From a virus: DNA of 64,000 bases. The stretch covers positions 1 to 64,000 of the IMG/VR virus record IMGVR_UViG_3300036790_000178. One strand, 5' to 3'. The translations under genes and the position numbers were made by a program. A model generated the notes under the pieces. It was not told where the DNA came from. It did not search any database and was given only the letters and a program-made list of their open reading frames with translations. This document shows positions 46,896 to 55,758 of the stretch, one piece after another (position 1 is the first letter of the stretch; every line of letters begins with the position of its first letter).

Positions 46896-47246
46896 CTAGC
46901 GCATTGTGCTTTCAAATATGCGGCGGACTTCCTCCTCCTCGCGGGCGCGCTCCTGTCTGTACACCAGGACCCCATGCCGCTTCGCCTCAAGCTCACGAAG
47001 CTCATTGGCAGCATCAGATACACCGCGCCAGTCCCCGGTTGCGACCCTTGCCTCCAAGTGCGCGATGAGGCGGCCCCGGATTTCGTCGTACGGCATCGCG
47101 GCAGCTTTCGGCTTCGTCTCGCGCGAGGAGCTAACATGGTGTTGCGGGCCTTCGATGCGCTCGTCGTCCAGGAGCCAGAAGCGAAAGGGTGCCTCGCTGT
47201 TGACGAACACGCAATCGATCCAGGCGTATGGCAGGCGCAAGGTCAT
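46896..47246 (-). CDS. Hypothetical protein
   Basis: ATGA coupling; DWRGVSDAANELRELEA. Confidence 0.55.
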   Translation of the reverse strand: MTLRLPYAWIDCVFVNSEAPFRFWLLDDERIEGPQHHVSSSRETKPKAAAMPYDEIRGRLIAHLEARVATGDWRGVSDAANELRELEAKRHGVLVYRQERAREEEEVRRIFESTMR

Positions 47247-47425
47247 GTTTTCTGCGCCTTCTGGCGCCGATTCAGATCCTGAACACGTTGCTGCGCGCAC
47301 GGACGGAGGAAGTGTGTACCTTGCTCGCGGCTCGCCCATATCAGGCGCCCGCGCTTCCGCCAGAGATCCCTGGGTGTGTACCGTACTGCCAGCCAGACCT
47401 TGCGGTTGGGATAGTCAAGACTCAT
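47243..47425 (-). CDS. Small hypothetical protein
   Basis: Coupled on both sides. Confidence 0.5.
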   Translation of the reverse strand: MSLDYPNRKVWLAVRYTPRDLWRKRGRLIWASREQGTHFLRPCAQQRVQDLNRRQKAQKT

Positions 47426-47922
47426 TACGCCGCCCTCCCATCAAACATGTCAGCCGGCGAGCGATGCGCGTTCAACTCCGCAATCGTATCGAGTGACGTG
47501 ATCTCGATCCGCGCTCCTGGCGCCTCGAGCGCTTCCGGGTCTTCGTTCGGAAACACCTTGGCGGCACGCAGGTATTCAACAATTCGAGCATCATCGACGA
47601 TCAAGCCTGCCTCGACCAGGGCGTCCTCTGTGCTGCGGACCAACTTCGAGACGTCGGGCTTTCGCATCGGGAATGTGCGCCGTCGTTTCGGTGCGCTGGC
47701 CGGCTTTGGCACCGTGAAGACCATGCGAACCGCGAGCGGGCCATCGAGTGGCGGCGCACCGGCGCGGACCTTCAGCGCCTCGGCGCGGACATCCTGCCTC
47801 CATGGTTTAACCTTGCTCGACGACTCGACCATGATTCCGCGCCCGGCTTTGGACGTGCCAACAAAGCGTTTACTGCCGGCTGGTGCGGGTGAACCATAAA
47901 CCACGAGACTGATCCTGGTCAT
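47425..47922 (-). CDS. rusA: RusA-family Holliday junction resolvase
   Basis: G.PAP.GSK, KPDVSKL.RST.DAL, DDARIV. Confidence 0.9.
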   Translation of the reverse strand: MTRISLVVYGSPAPAGSKRFVGTSKAGRGIMVESSSKVKPWRQDVRAEALKVRAGAPPLDGPLAVRMVFTVPKPASAPKRRRTFPMRKPDVSKLVRSTEDALVEAGLIVDDARIVEYLRAAKVFPNEDPEALEAPGARIEITSLDTIAELNAHRSPADMFDGRAA

Positions 47923-48386
47923 ACGCGTCGCTCCTGGCGCCAACGGCGGCAATATTCGATTTTTTGTTCTCTGCGCGCGGCCTCGTATTCTGCCAAGCAA
48001 ACCGGGCAACGCCGCTGGTGCTTCATCTGCACGAGCACGTGGCCTTTTGCGCATAGCACGGCGCCAGCCGTCGTCAGCGGGGAACGCCTGAGATTTATCA
48101 GCCCCGTGACCGGCTCAAGGTGATCTGGATTGACGCAGTGGCGAACGCGACAGAGGTGATCGAGCTGCAGGTCGCCTGGATCGCTACGAAGCAATGTCCA
48201 GATCAATCGGTGGGCCTGGTACGTCCGATTGTCGAGGCTTGCCCAGCCGTAGCCGTCCGGACTGCGCGATCTTGTCCATAACCAACAGCCATGCTCGCCA
48301 AGGCGGATATTCCTCCGGATGTGCAACGGAAGACCCGGGGGTAAGTTTTGCGCTTGCCACGGCGTCAACGGTTTTGGCGCTGTCAC
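47919..48386 (-). CDS. HNH endonuclease
   Basis: CWLW, AHR, LDHLCRVRHCVNPDHLE. Confidence 0.9.
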   Translation of the reverse strand: MTAPKPLTPWQAQNLPPGLPLHIRRNIRLGEHGCWLWTRSRSPDGYGWASLDNRTYQAHRLIWTLLRSDPGDLQLDHLCRVRHCVNPDHLEPVTGLINLRRSPLTTAGAVLCAKGHVLVQMKHQRRCPVCLAEYEAARREQKIEYCRRWRQERRV

Positions 48387-48426
48387 GATGCGATCTCCAA
48401 CGGCGAGCCGTAGACGACGAGCTTGA

Positions 48427-48654
48427 TCATGTCGGAGGCCTCGCGGACGGTTGACGAATCTCGGTGACGGAGGAAACGGCCGGCTCATTGGCCGCGCGAA
48501 GTCGTCCCTCCTCGATCCACTCATCGCGCCGGTAGCCGCAATCCCTGCCTTCCACCAAGAATTGCGTCGAGCCGTGCAGCGACTCCGTGCGCCTGGTCGC
48601 GATTCCTTCGAAGCCTGTGACCGCGTCTTTGACGGACTGGCCGAGCTTGATCAC
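48427..48654 (-). CDS. Small SH3-like phage protein
   Basis: LGQ.VKD.VTGFEGI. Confidence 0.7.
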   Translation of the reverse strand: MIKLGQSVKDAVTGFEGIATRRTESLHGSTQFLVEGRDCGYRRDEWIEEGRLRAANEPAVSSVTEIRQPSARPPT

Positions 48655-48655
48655 C

Positions 48656-49456
48656 TCAGTGCGCTCCCCGGTTGCCGTTGCGCTGCCGGTCCTGATGCTT
48701 CACCCGTTCCGAGCGACCATCGAGCGCAGCGCCGCCCTTCTGCGCCTTGAACGCCTCGACCTGCTTGCGGGCTGCCTCCTCGAAACTGCCGGCCTCGGCT
48801 TGTGTCGGATCTGCGCTCGGCTTCGCCGCCTCGCCCATCACCGGCGTATCAGGATGCTCCGCGCGCATCTTGGCGTCGGTCTCGGACGATGGCGTCGACT
48901 GCGTGAAGCCGCCGCTCACCTGACGCTGGCCTTCACCGTTTGCCGGTGCCGGCCCGAACGGCACGAAGTCGAAGTACAACTGCTGCGTCTGCTCGATCAA
49001 CTGCTTGGCCTGCAACACCTCCATGCTGTGCTCGCCGTGCCGTGCCGCGACCCCATCGAACCAGCCGTACTGGTGATCGTGGCGGCGCATCCGGAGCTTC
49101 GGGCGGCCCAGCGTGTCGTATTTGGGCTTCTGCGTCTCCTCATCGATGACGCGATCCAAGTGTTCCAACTCGTGATCTACCAGGGCGTCGCGGGACTCGG
49201 CGCTGAGCGTCAACCAGGTGAAGCGGTCGACCACGATCACGGCATCTGCCATGCCGAGCGCGCGGTCGCGCAGCGGTGAGATTCGGACCACGGCGGCGGC
49301 CGAGTAGCCCTGATGCTTGAGGCACGGCAGCGTGGTCTCGTCATCGAACACGAAGAGCGCGCCGACTCTCACCCTCGAGAGGTCAGGATGGTAGGCGTGC
49401 TGCATGCGTTCGATGGCGGTCTCGAGGTCGGAGCTGGCGTCGGAGTAGGTTTTCAT
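48656..49456 (-). CDS. Putative phage metallopeptidase
   Basis: ALVDHELEH, R.HD. Confidence 0.8.
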   Translation of the reverse strand: MKTYSDASSDLETAIERMQHAYHPDLSRVRVGALFVFDDETTLPCLKHQGYSAAAVVRISPLRDRALGMADAVIVVDRFTWLTLSAESRDALVDHELEHLDRVIDEETQKPKYDTLGRPKLRMRRHDHQYGWFDGVAARHGEHSMEVLQAKQLIEQTQQLYFDFVPFGPAPANGEGQRQVSGGFTQSTPSSETDAKMRAEHPDTPVMGEAAKPSADPTQAEAGSFEEAARKQVEAFKAQKGGAALDGRSERVKHQDRQRNGNRGAH

Positions 49457-49770
49457 GCCTTGACCTTGCGTTGGTTGTTTGTTTCACGTGGAACGTAAAG
49501 CGGCTCTCCGAAGAGTCGCTCAAAAGCATCCTGGAACGTCTCGGGCTTCGTGCCCAGCTTGCCCGCGATGACGGGCCCGTACCCTTCGCGCAGGATCACG
49601 AAGCGAATCCGATCCTTGAGCGAATCAAACGGCCGATCGACATACAGCGGGCAACTGAGCTGGTGCAGGCGATTCCACATCCAGTCCTCGGCATCCGTGC
49701 GGTCGAAGAGGCCCGGCGCCGGCGTCTGCGGTTGGGGCGTGCCAGGCGGCTCGGGGTTACGCGTCATCAT
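49453..49770 (-). CDS. Hypothetical protein
   Basis: ATGA-coupled ORF. Confidence 0.6.
   Translation of the reverse strand: MMTRNPEPPGTPQPQTPAPGLFDRTDAEDWMWNRLHQLSCPLYVDRPFDSLKDRIRFVILREGYGPVIAGKLGTKPETFQDAFERLFGEPLYVPRETNNQRKVKA
49480..49495. promoter_or_regulatory. parS-like site
   Basis: TGTTTCACGTGGAACG; 14/16 to TGTTTCACGTGAAACA, reverse complement CGTTCCACGTGAAACA. Confidence 0.65.
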
Positions 49771-49782
49771 GGTGTAGTTTCG

Positions 49783-50340
49783 TCAGGCTCTGCGCTGCTC
49801 GACCAGGTCGCGACGAGCATCCCGCAGCCTTCGGTCCTCGCGCATAGCCTCGGCGTATTGCGGCGAGTCGAGCCGCTCCGCTGCGAGCAGCCTTCCCCAC
49901 TGCGATATCAGATACTCGATACTCGCAAGCTCGGGATCGGCGGCCTTGAACTCGCACCAATTGCCCCGGTTGACTTCGAACACGCCAGGCAGATGTCCGC
50001 AGCGTCCCGGCTCGAGACGCGCGCTTTCCATCATCGCGAGGTGCGAGGAGCGCGCAGCGCTTGCGCTCAACGCCAACCGGTCCCCCGCATCATCCTTTGG
50101 GCGCAGTTGGAACGGCCGCGGAAACCACTTCCCGCGCTTTAGGTGCGATTCGACGCAGCGCCTGAACATCTCCAGCGGCAGATCGCGCAGCGCGCTCCAG
50201 TAGGCCTCGACGACATCGTCCGGCGGCTTGTCGAGCTTCGTCTTCGTCTGCGGGTCCTTCCAGTCGCCGGGCCCCAGGATGAGCGCGAGGCGATCAAGAA
50301 GCGCGCGGAACTCGGCGAAGTCAGGCTTGTGCACGGTCAT
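49783..50340 (-). CDS. Replication accessory protein (helicase-loader position)
   Basis: YW.AL.DL...KWFPRP; follows the replication initiator. Confidence 0.55.
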   Translation of the reverse strand: MTVHKPDFAEFRALLDRLALILGPGDWKDPQTKTKLDKPPDDVVEAYWSALRDLPLEMFRRCVESHLKRGKWFPRPFQLRPKDDAGDRLALSASAARSSHLAMMESARLEPGRCGHLPGVFEVNRGNWCEFKAADPELASIEYLISQWGRLLAAERLDSPQYAEAMREDRRLRDARRDLVEQRRA

Positions 50341-51238
50341 CCTCCTCGTCGGGCGGTTCCCAGCTGCGCTCGGGCTCGGTCGTCTTGCCATGGCCATTCG
50401 GTGTCGCGAGTCGCGCCGCATCGGCCCGCCGGCCACCGACAATCCCCAGCGCATAGCCGAATCCCTTGCCGCGGCCGACGGCTTCCTTCGCGGCCTGAGC
50501 GAACTCGCCGACCTCAGCGCCCTGCTCGAGGAGCTTGAGCAACGTCGCGTGGCTCGGGTTCACGGCCATGAGCCCTTCGGCTCGCATGGCGATGCAGGCG
50601 GCAGTGGCGCGAGTGGGCCCGGGTGCCGGATCAGGATCGCCGGGCGATTCGCCGGGAGGTCTACTTTCGTCTCGTTCCGCTCTCGCTTTCTCACCCCGTT
50701 CCGGAGGGGTCGCGCCCGCACGCGCGTTCTGAGCGAGTGCGTCTTCGCACGAGTCTGGATCTGGTTTCTGGATCTGGACTCTGGATTCTGGCTCTGGAGC
50801 TGGAGAGCCATTTTTCCCGCTATCATTACCCCATCGTTTTTTGTGGGGTACCCTATGGCCAACCCCATCAGATTCGCCATAGCCGTCGCCATGGCCAGCG
50901 CTATTCTTTCCCCATCGCTTTTCGGCGCCCCTACGCCCTGATTCTGATGCCTCCGCCGAGATCGCCTCCCACTTCGCAATTTCATCATCCGCCCGCGGGT
51001 TGTGCCTGAGGCCGTCCGGCGCGATAGGGAAGAATTCATCTGCAACCGCTGAGACTGCCGCCTGCTCAAGCTTCGATGTCGCCCGGCAGAGCCGCCACAA
51101 CGCCTCCCTGCTCTCAGGCAGCGGCTTTCGACGTGAGTAGTAGTGATCGAGCAGGACCGTGTAAGCGCCATGCTCGGCCAGCGACAGGTGGCTCGTGTCC
51201 CGCTGGTAGTCGCCCATGTAGCGCTTGTAGTAATCCAT
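50321..51238 (-). CDS. YdaU/DUF1376 replication initiator
   Basis: YY..Y.GDY..DT.HLS..EHGAY..LLD.YY; G..GA.KRW. Confidence 0.88.
   Translation of the reverse strand: MDYYKRYMGDYQRDTSHLSLAEHGAYTVLLDHYYSRRKPLPESREALWRLCRATSKLEQAAVSAVADEFFPIAPDGLRHNPRADDEIAKWEAISAEASESGRRGAEKRWGKNSAGHGDGYGESDGVGHRVPHKKRWGNDSGKNGSPAPEPESRVQIQKPDPDSCEDALAQNARAGATPPERGEKARAERDESRPPGESPGDPDPAPGPTRATAACIAMRAEGLMAVNPSHATLLKLLEQGAEVGEFAQAAKEAVGRGKGFGYALGIVGGRRADAARLATPNGHGKTTEPERSWEPPDEEDDRAQA
50750..50925. repeat. Candidate origin iterons within the initiator gene
   Basis: TCTGGA-like hexamer run at 50752-50805 and degenerate CCCCATCG/CGCCATRG repeats at 50829-50918. Confidence 0.4.
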
Positions 51239-51924
51239 CAGCCCCGACTCCCGTCCGTCGCCATCCGCACGATCTCCTCGACGTCCGCGAGCTCCTGCTG
51301 AACCATGGTCACCATTGCGAGCAGCGTCTGAAGCGTCATCGCCTTGGAGCGCTGCAGCTCGACCAGGCGGACGATGAGGTCCGGTGAGAACGTGATGCGC
51401 CGGGGCTCGATGTCTATTTTCGGGACCTCGACTGGAGGTGCCGGCGCTTGGACGGGCACGACGATCGGCGCCGACGGCCCGGTATGCTCCACGCGCTCCC
51501 GACCGCTCCCCACCGGACGACCAGCCCTCGCGACGATGCCCAACTTGGCGCGGGCAGCAGAGAGGTGTTGCGAGACGGAATTCACGGAAGAGCCGAGTCG
51601 TTGCGCGACCTCGGCATGCGTGAGGCCGCTCTTAATCAGCTCGAAAACCTGCGATTCGCGCGGCGTCAGACCGTTACTTACGACGAGTTGGCGGTGTGGT
51701 GTTAATGGTGCCGGCGCCTGCGGGACAGGCTGCCGCAGTGGATGCTCGTGCCCGTTGATCCTCTGGTAGCACCCAAGCTCGAAGCTCACGGCGCCGCGTT
51801 TCAGCAGCATGCTGAGTTCGCCATCGATGCTCGCCGCCTGATCGCCTTTGAGCAGCCCGTAGATCGCGTTTCGTGGTACTGCCTTCTCGCCCAGCGCCTC
51901 TTGGATGCGTTCCTGAAGGGTCAT
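51238..51924 (-). CDS. LuxR-type HTH-containing protein
   Basis: LTPRE.QV..LI..GLT..EVA.RLG.S..SV..HL....KLG. Confidence 0.8.
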   Translation of the reverse strand: MTLQERIQEALGEKAVPRNAIYGLLKGDQAASIDGELSMLLKRGAVSFELGCYQRINGHEHPLRQPVPQAPAPLTPHRQLVVSNGLTPRESQVFELIKSGLTHAEVAQRLGSSVNSVSQHLSAARAKLGIVARAGRPVGSGRERVEHTGPSAPIVVPVQAPAPPVEVPKIDIEPRRITFSPDLIVRLVELQRSKAMTLQTLLAMVTMVQQELADVEEIVRMATDGSRG

Positions 51925-52040
51925 CCGTGCTGGTCCAGGTGGGCTGAAATCCAAACCACGCCGACGACCAAGATCGTCATGATCACCGCGCACATCACGC
52001 GCTGGAAGAGCGGCAGATCCGATTCCTTGCGCTCGCTCAT
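51921..52040 (-). CDS. 39-aa single-TM protein
   Basis: Manual translation MSERKESDLPLFQRVMCAVIMTILVVGVVWIS...; ATGA coupling. Confidence 0.5.
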   Translation of the reverse strand: MSERKESDLPLFQRVMCAVIMTILVVGVVWISAHLDQHG

Positions 52041-52270
52041 CGCGCCGCCACCGCAATCAGCGCGACAGACATCGCGAGCCCCCAGATGACGACGATGACG
52101 AGCGCAAATAGCGCCGCCGTCAGGACGTCCCAGAAGAGCTCCTGCAGGTGATCGAATAAAATACCCGCGCGCGCCGGAAGTGCGGAATGAGTGCGCTCGG
52201 GGTGCGCCAGGCGCTTACCGTCGGGGGTTGGTGACGGGGCGTCGGATTGGCGCGAAACTGGTTTGGATAG

Positions 52271-52306
52271 AGAAAGAGCCGAGGCGACTGGCATCGCGCT
52301 CGGCCC
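52271..52306 (-). terminator. Possible early terminator (tR-like)
   Basis: GGCCGAG...CTCGGCT hairpin followed by CTTTCT. Confidence 0.35.
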
Positions 52307-52496
52307 TGAAGTCGCAGGCGTAGGGTGAAATGACGCGCCCGCGGGGACAGAGCCGGCAGCAAGCGGCGTGCCGCGTGCCGGGAACACAAGAATATTAGCC
52401 CCACCCATCTGCTCACCCTTGCCGGCGTATGCGAAGCCGGAACCGTCTCGCGCTCACCGTCCTGCCAGGGATCGGGGCGCTTCAAAAATAGAATTC

Positions 52497-52901
52497 CTAG
52501 CGGCCTCCCCGCTTGCCCGGCGCGCCGACGCCCGCTGCCGCGAGCTTCCCAGGCAGCGCCGAGAGCATCTGATGGACCTCTGTTAGCGCGTGGTCGCGCA
52601 TCGCGCATTCATCGCCCAGGTACTTGGCGACGAGGTAGTAAATCCAGGTCTTGTCCCCGGTCACCCGCGTGTACTTCTCCGCCTCATCGAGCCCGAACTT
52701 GCGCGTTGGGTCGTCCGAGAGCGCAACCGAGAGATTGCCGGGCGATACGTCGAGGTCGGACGCGATCTTCCCGAGACCTCGCTTATAGACGCCCGCAGCG
52801 ACGCACTCACGCGCCCACCGGTAGACATCCGGCAGGCTCGGATCCAACGCGAGCGTCATCTGTCTGTGAGAATCAGTGAGAAGTCGTGATGACATCTGCA
52901 A
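52497..52901 (-). CDS. CII-like regulatory protein
   Basis: HTH IA.DLD.SP..LS..L, IYYL; follows cro. Confidence 0.7.
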   Translation of the reverse strand: MQMSSRLLTDSHRQMTLALDPSLPDVYRWARECVAAGVYKRGLGKIASDLDVSPGNLSVALSDDPTRKFGLDEAEKYTRVTGDKTWIYYLVAKYLGDECAMRDHALTEVHQMLSALPGKLAAAGVGAPGKRGGR

Positions 52902-52957
52902 TCACCGGTTATCGCTGCTTTTCACTGGCCGTCGTGACAATGCGTGCCATGCGAAGC

Positions 52958-53209
52958 TCACGCTCGATCGCGACAGGCGCGCCGTTCCGGCTGACGAGTG
53001 CTCGATTTGAGCGCCGTCAACCTGGCGTGCAAAGCCTGGACGCGACTGACCGCAGGGTCGGGTGTCTTCCCGTCCTCAACATCGCGGACGAATCGCTTCA
53101 GCCATTCATAGGGAACGTCGGGCTCGGAAGCGATGGACCGGACGGAGAGGTCGCCGTTCTTGTCGCGGACGCTCTTGAGCAGTCCAATGGTGTCGTCGAG
53201 GAGGTTCAC
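52958..53209 (-). CDS. cro: Cro-like repressor
   Basis: IA....VPY.WL.R...G...DP.VSRVQ.L; divergent from cI. Confidence 0.7.
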   Translation of the reverse strand: MNLLDDTIGLLKSVRDKNGDLSVRSIASEPDVPYEWLKRFVRDVEDGKTPDPAVSRVQALHARLTALKSSTRQPERRACRDRA

Positions 53210-53216
53210 GTGCCCA

Positions 53217-53277
53217 ATAATGGGGAATCTTTTCCTCATTTGTCAAGGAGCACATTCCCCAAGCGAGTCCGCATGCT
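53217..53277. promoter_or_regulatory. OR region: divergent promoters and two operators
   Basis: - strand TTGACA-18-CATTAT; + strand -10 CATGCT; operators GGGGAATCTTTTCCTC (53222) and AAGGAGCACATTCCCC (53245). Confidence 0.75.
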
Positions 53278-53284
53278 CACTCGC

Positions 53285-53764
53285 ATGCCTCGATCGCGCG
53301 AATCAAGCCGACTAGCAAAGCTGCTCGGGATGAATCTCGACAAGCTGATGAGCTATCGCAAGCTATCCGGACACGGCATCGCGACGTCCGCGAAGCGCAT
53401 CGGGCATTCGATTGATCCGAAGACCGTGAACAACGCCCGTAATGCCGCAAAAGAAGGCCACGGCAAGGGCGATCTCACGCTCTCAACGCTCGAAGGCATT
53501 TCGGCTGGCGCGTCCGTCGACGCCTGGCAGCTGCTCGCTCCGCGCTTCGATCCGCAACGCCTGCCGGAGCTACGCAAGCGCTGGGGAGAATCGACGCGAG
53601 CGACACCCAGCGACGGCTATCTCGATGAACTCATCGGCCTCTGGTCGAAGATGAAGCCCGGGCGCCGCGCGACCCTATTGCACCTCGCCCAAGAATGGTC
53701 TTCAGAAAGTGGGGAGGCGGCCGATCCCCCGGACCCTCCACGCGCATCGCAGAGGACCCGCTGA
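53285..53764 (+). CDS. CI-like repressor without S24 peptidase domain
   Basis: NL..LM, KTVNN, TLSTLE.I....V.AWQLL.P; divergent from cro. Confidence 0.7.
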   Translation: MPRSRESSRLAKLLGMNLDKLMSYRKLSGHGIATSAKRIGHSIDPKTVNNARNAAKEGHGKGDLTLSTLEGISAGASVDAWQLLAPRFDPQRLPELRKRWGESTRATPSDGYLDELIGLWSKMKPGRRATLLHLAQEWSSESGEAADPPDPPRASQRTR

Positions 53765-53961
53765 CGGATACTGCGGTGCTAAGAATGCTAGAAAAGTTCA
53801 GTAAAAAACAAAACAACAACTGACATGAATCCCGGCGCCAGCGACGATCTGACGCCCCTCCCATGATATTGCCGAGAGCGAACGCGTTGCTCCGGCGGCA
53901 GGCTTCTTTCCCCGTTCCGATTCGGGCCCGATAAGCCTCGATTGCTGCCTTCGTGCGGCGT

Positions 53962-54010
53962 GGGGAATATATTCCTTGACTTCGCGATCTACGTGGGGAA
54001 TACTTTCCCC
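53962..54010 (+). promoter_or_regulatory. OL/PL region: promoter with two operators
   Basis: TTGACT-17-AATACT overlapped by GGGGAATATATTCCTT (53962) and GGGGAATACTTTCCCC (53995). Confidence 0.8.
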
Positions 54011-54028
54011 ATGCACTCGGGAGGTCAC

Positions 54029-54319
54029 ATGCAGTCCCAAGCCGAACAGGCCGCCAGAAGCCCGGCCAGCGTCGATACCGAGACATTCCGTCGCGGCTCG
54101 CAGATCTTCTCGATCTTCGGACAGATCGAAGCGGTGGCCGCTGATCTGATGGTCCAGCGCGGCCTCGGTCAACGGATCGAGGTGAGCGACTTCCCTGATG
54201 CCGCCACCTGCCCCGACGTGCATGTGAATGAGCGCGGCGAGCAGGCGCGCTTCGCCCTTCTGCTGCCACTCCAGCACGTCCAGCAGTTCGAGAACCTGAT
54301 CCGGGAGTTGCGCTCATGA
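54029..54319 (+). CDS. First PL-operon gene, hypothetical
   Basis: GGAGG RBS, ATGA coupling. Confidence 0.65.
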   Translation: MQSQAEQAARSPASVDTETFRRGSQIFSIFGQIEAVAADLMVQRGLGQRIEVSDFPDAATCPDVHVNERGEQARFALLLPLQHVQQFENLIRELRS

Positions 54320-54765
54320 GCAACGCCCACGTCCACCCGATCTTCCAGCCGATTGTCGAAGCGCTCGCGACCGGCCCGATGGAGTCCGAGCCCGTCGCTG
54401 ACTGCTTCTACTGTGCCGGCAACGGAGTAGAGCAGAACGGCGAGCCGTGCCCGCGAGGGTGCTCGGTCCCGAGTGCTCCTCCCCAGGTCGAGTTCAAAGC
54501 CACCGCGAAGATGCCTCGGCGCCTGCTCGTCGATCTGAGCGTCGGCCGCAGGCTCTACGTTCGAGCCTACGCGCCGGGTAAGGCTGTCGTGCCCCTCGCC
54601 TCCGCAGACGCTTGGATGGCCGATGTCACGCTCAGCTATCGCGACTTCGGGCGCTTCCTCCATGTCGGCACCGCGCTCTTCCACCTCACCGAATCCGAAG
54701 CGACCGAGATCGAGCAGGTCTTCGGTCCTCTCGGTCTCAAGGTCCGCCGCGAGGTGCAGTCATGA
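54316..54765 (+). CDS. Hypothetical protein with DnaJ-like CxxCxGxG zinc motif
   Basis: CFYCAGNG...CPRGC. Confidence 0.65.
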   Translation: MSNAHVHPIFQPIVEALATGPMESEPVADCFYCAGNGVEQNGEPCPRGCSVPSAPPQVEFKATAKMPRRLLVDLSVGRRLYVRAYAPGKAVVPLASADAWMADVTLSYRDFGRFLHVGTALFHLTESEATEIEQVFGPLGLKVRREVQS

Positions 54766-54893
54766 ACGACTACACCGACGACGACTATCACCCCGAAGTT
54801 GTCGGCGCCTTCGTCGGCGTCGTGCTGCTCGCGGGCGCGCTCGGTGCCGCCATCACCGTCCTCGTGCTCTGCGCGCGGTTCCTCGGAGCCTGA
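54762..54893 (+). CDS. Small single-TM protein
   Basis: MNDYTDDD followed by a hydrophobic helix; GAGG RBS. Confidence 0.55.
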   Translation: MNDYTDDDYHPEVVGAFVGVVLLAGALGAAITVLVLCARFLGA

Positions 54894-54894
54894 C

Positions 54895-55284
54895 ATGCCA
54901 ACCAGTCCCGAAGCCGGCGCCTATCGGCACATGATCGCCCACATCTGCGACCAGGAGCCTCGCCTCGGTTGGTTGCGCGCCGAGGAGCTGCCCGAACTCA
55001 CCACCGATGACGTCGCGCTGATCTGCCGCATGCGCGAAGACGAGGTCACGGAGTACATGACCGAGCACGTCGGCTTCGAGCGTTCCATCCGCATGACGGG
55101 CGCGACGGGCATGCTCATCGTGCCGTCCGAAGAGGCGCTGCGCTCGATGCTGCGCACGGCCTGCCAGCACGCGATCTTCGATGACGTCCAGACTGAATGT
55201 ACGCGCCGTGACGATCCGGATGATGGCCCGCTCGACTCTCAGGTGGCGTTGCTCGAATGCTGCCCGTCGGGGTTGTTGTCATGA
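54895..55284 (+). CDS. Hypothetical protein
   Basis: GGAG RBS; coupled ORF. Confidence 0.55.
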   Translation: MPTSPEAGAYRHMIAHICDQEPRLGWLRAEELPELTTDDVALICRMREDEVTEYMTEHVGFERSIRMTGATGMLIVPSEEALRSMLRTACQHAIFDDVQTECTRRDDPDDGPLDSQVALLECCPSGLLS

Positions 55285-55583
55285 GCGCGCCGCATACGCC
55301 GGGGCCGTGGGAGCCAAAGCGGATAGACCGCCATCACTGGGTAATTGGCGATGGGGTCGCGCGTACACAGGTTCCCCCAGAAGGCGGCGAGGAAATGATC
55401 GAGGCCAATGCTCGCCTGATAGCCGCCGCTCCCGACCTTCTGGAACTCGCCCACCAGATGGCGCGGGAATGCTGCGACTGCAATTACGGCGGGGGTGCGA
55501 CGGGCCTCGGCTCTGAAGGCGCGCCGTGCGAATCGTGCGGCCACATCCGCGCGCTCATCGAGAAGGCCGAGGGTCGGGCATGA
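55281..55583 (+). CDS. Phage HTPGPW/ANARLIAAAP family protein
   Basis: HTPGPW...ANARLIAAAPDLL...KAEG. Confidence 0.85.
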   Translation: MSAPHTPGPWEPKRIDRHHWVIGDGVARTQVPPEGGEEMIEANARLIAAAPDLLELAHQMARECCDCNYGGGATGLGSEGAPCESCGHIRALIEKAEGRA

Positions 55584-55758
55584 GACGTTTGCCGCCCGAC
55601 CAGTTGTTTCGAATCGGCCGCGAGGGCCTCGAAGACATCAGCGACGCCACTCTCGAAGTGAGAGTCACGGAAAGCGAGCGAGCTACTTTGCGCCGGCAGG
55701 CCGACGAAGGCTACCAAGCCGCAACTGTCGACGAAATGCTTCAACTTCCGGAGTCCAC

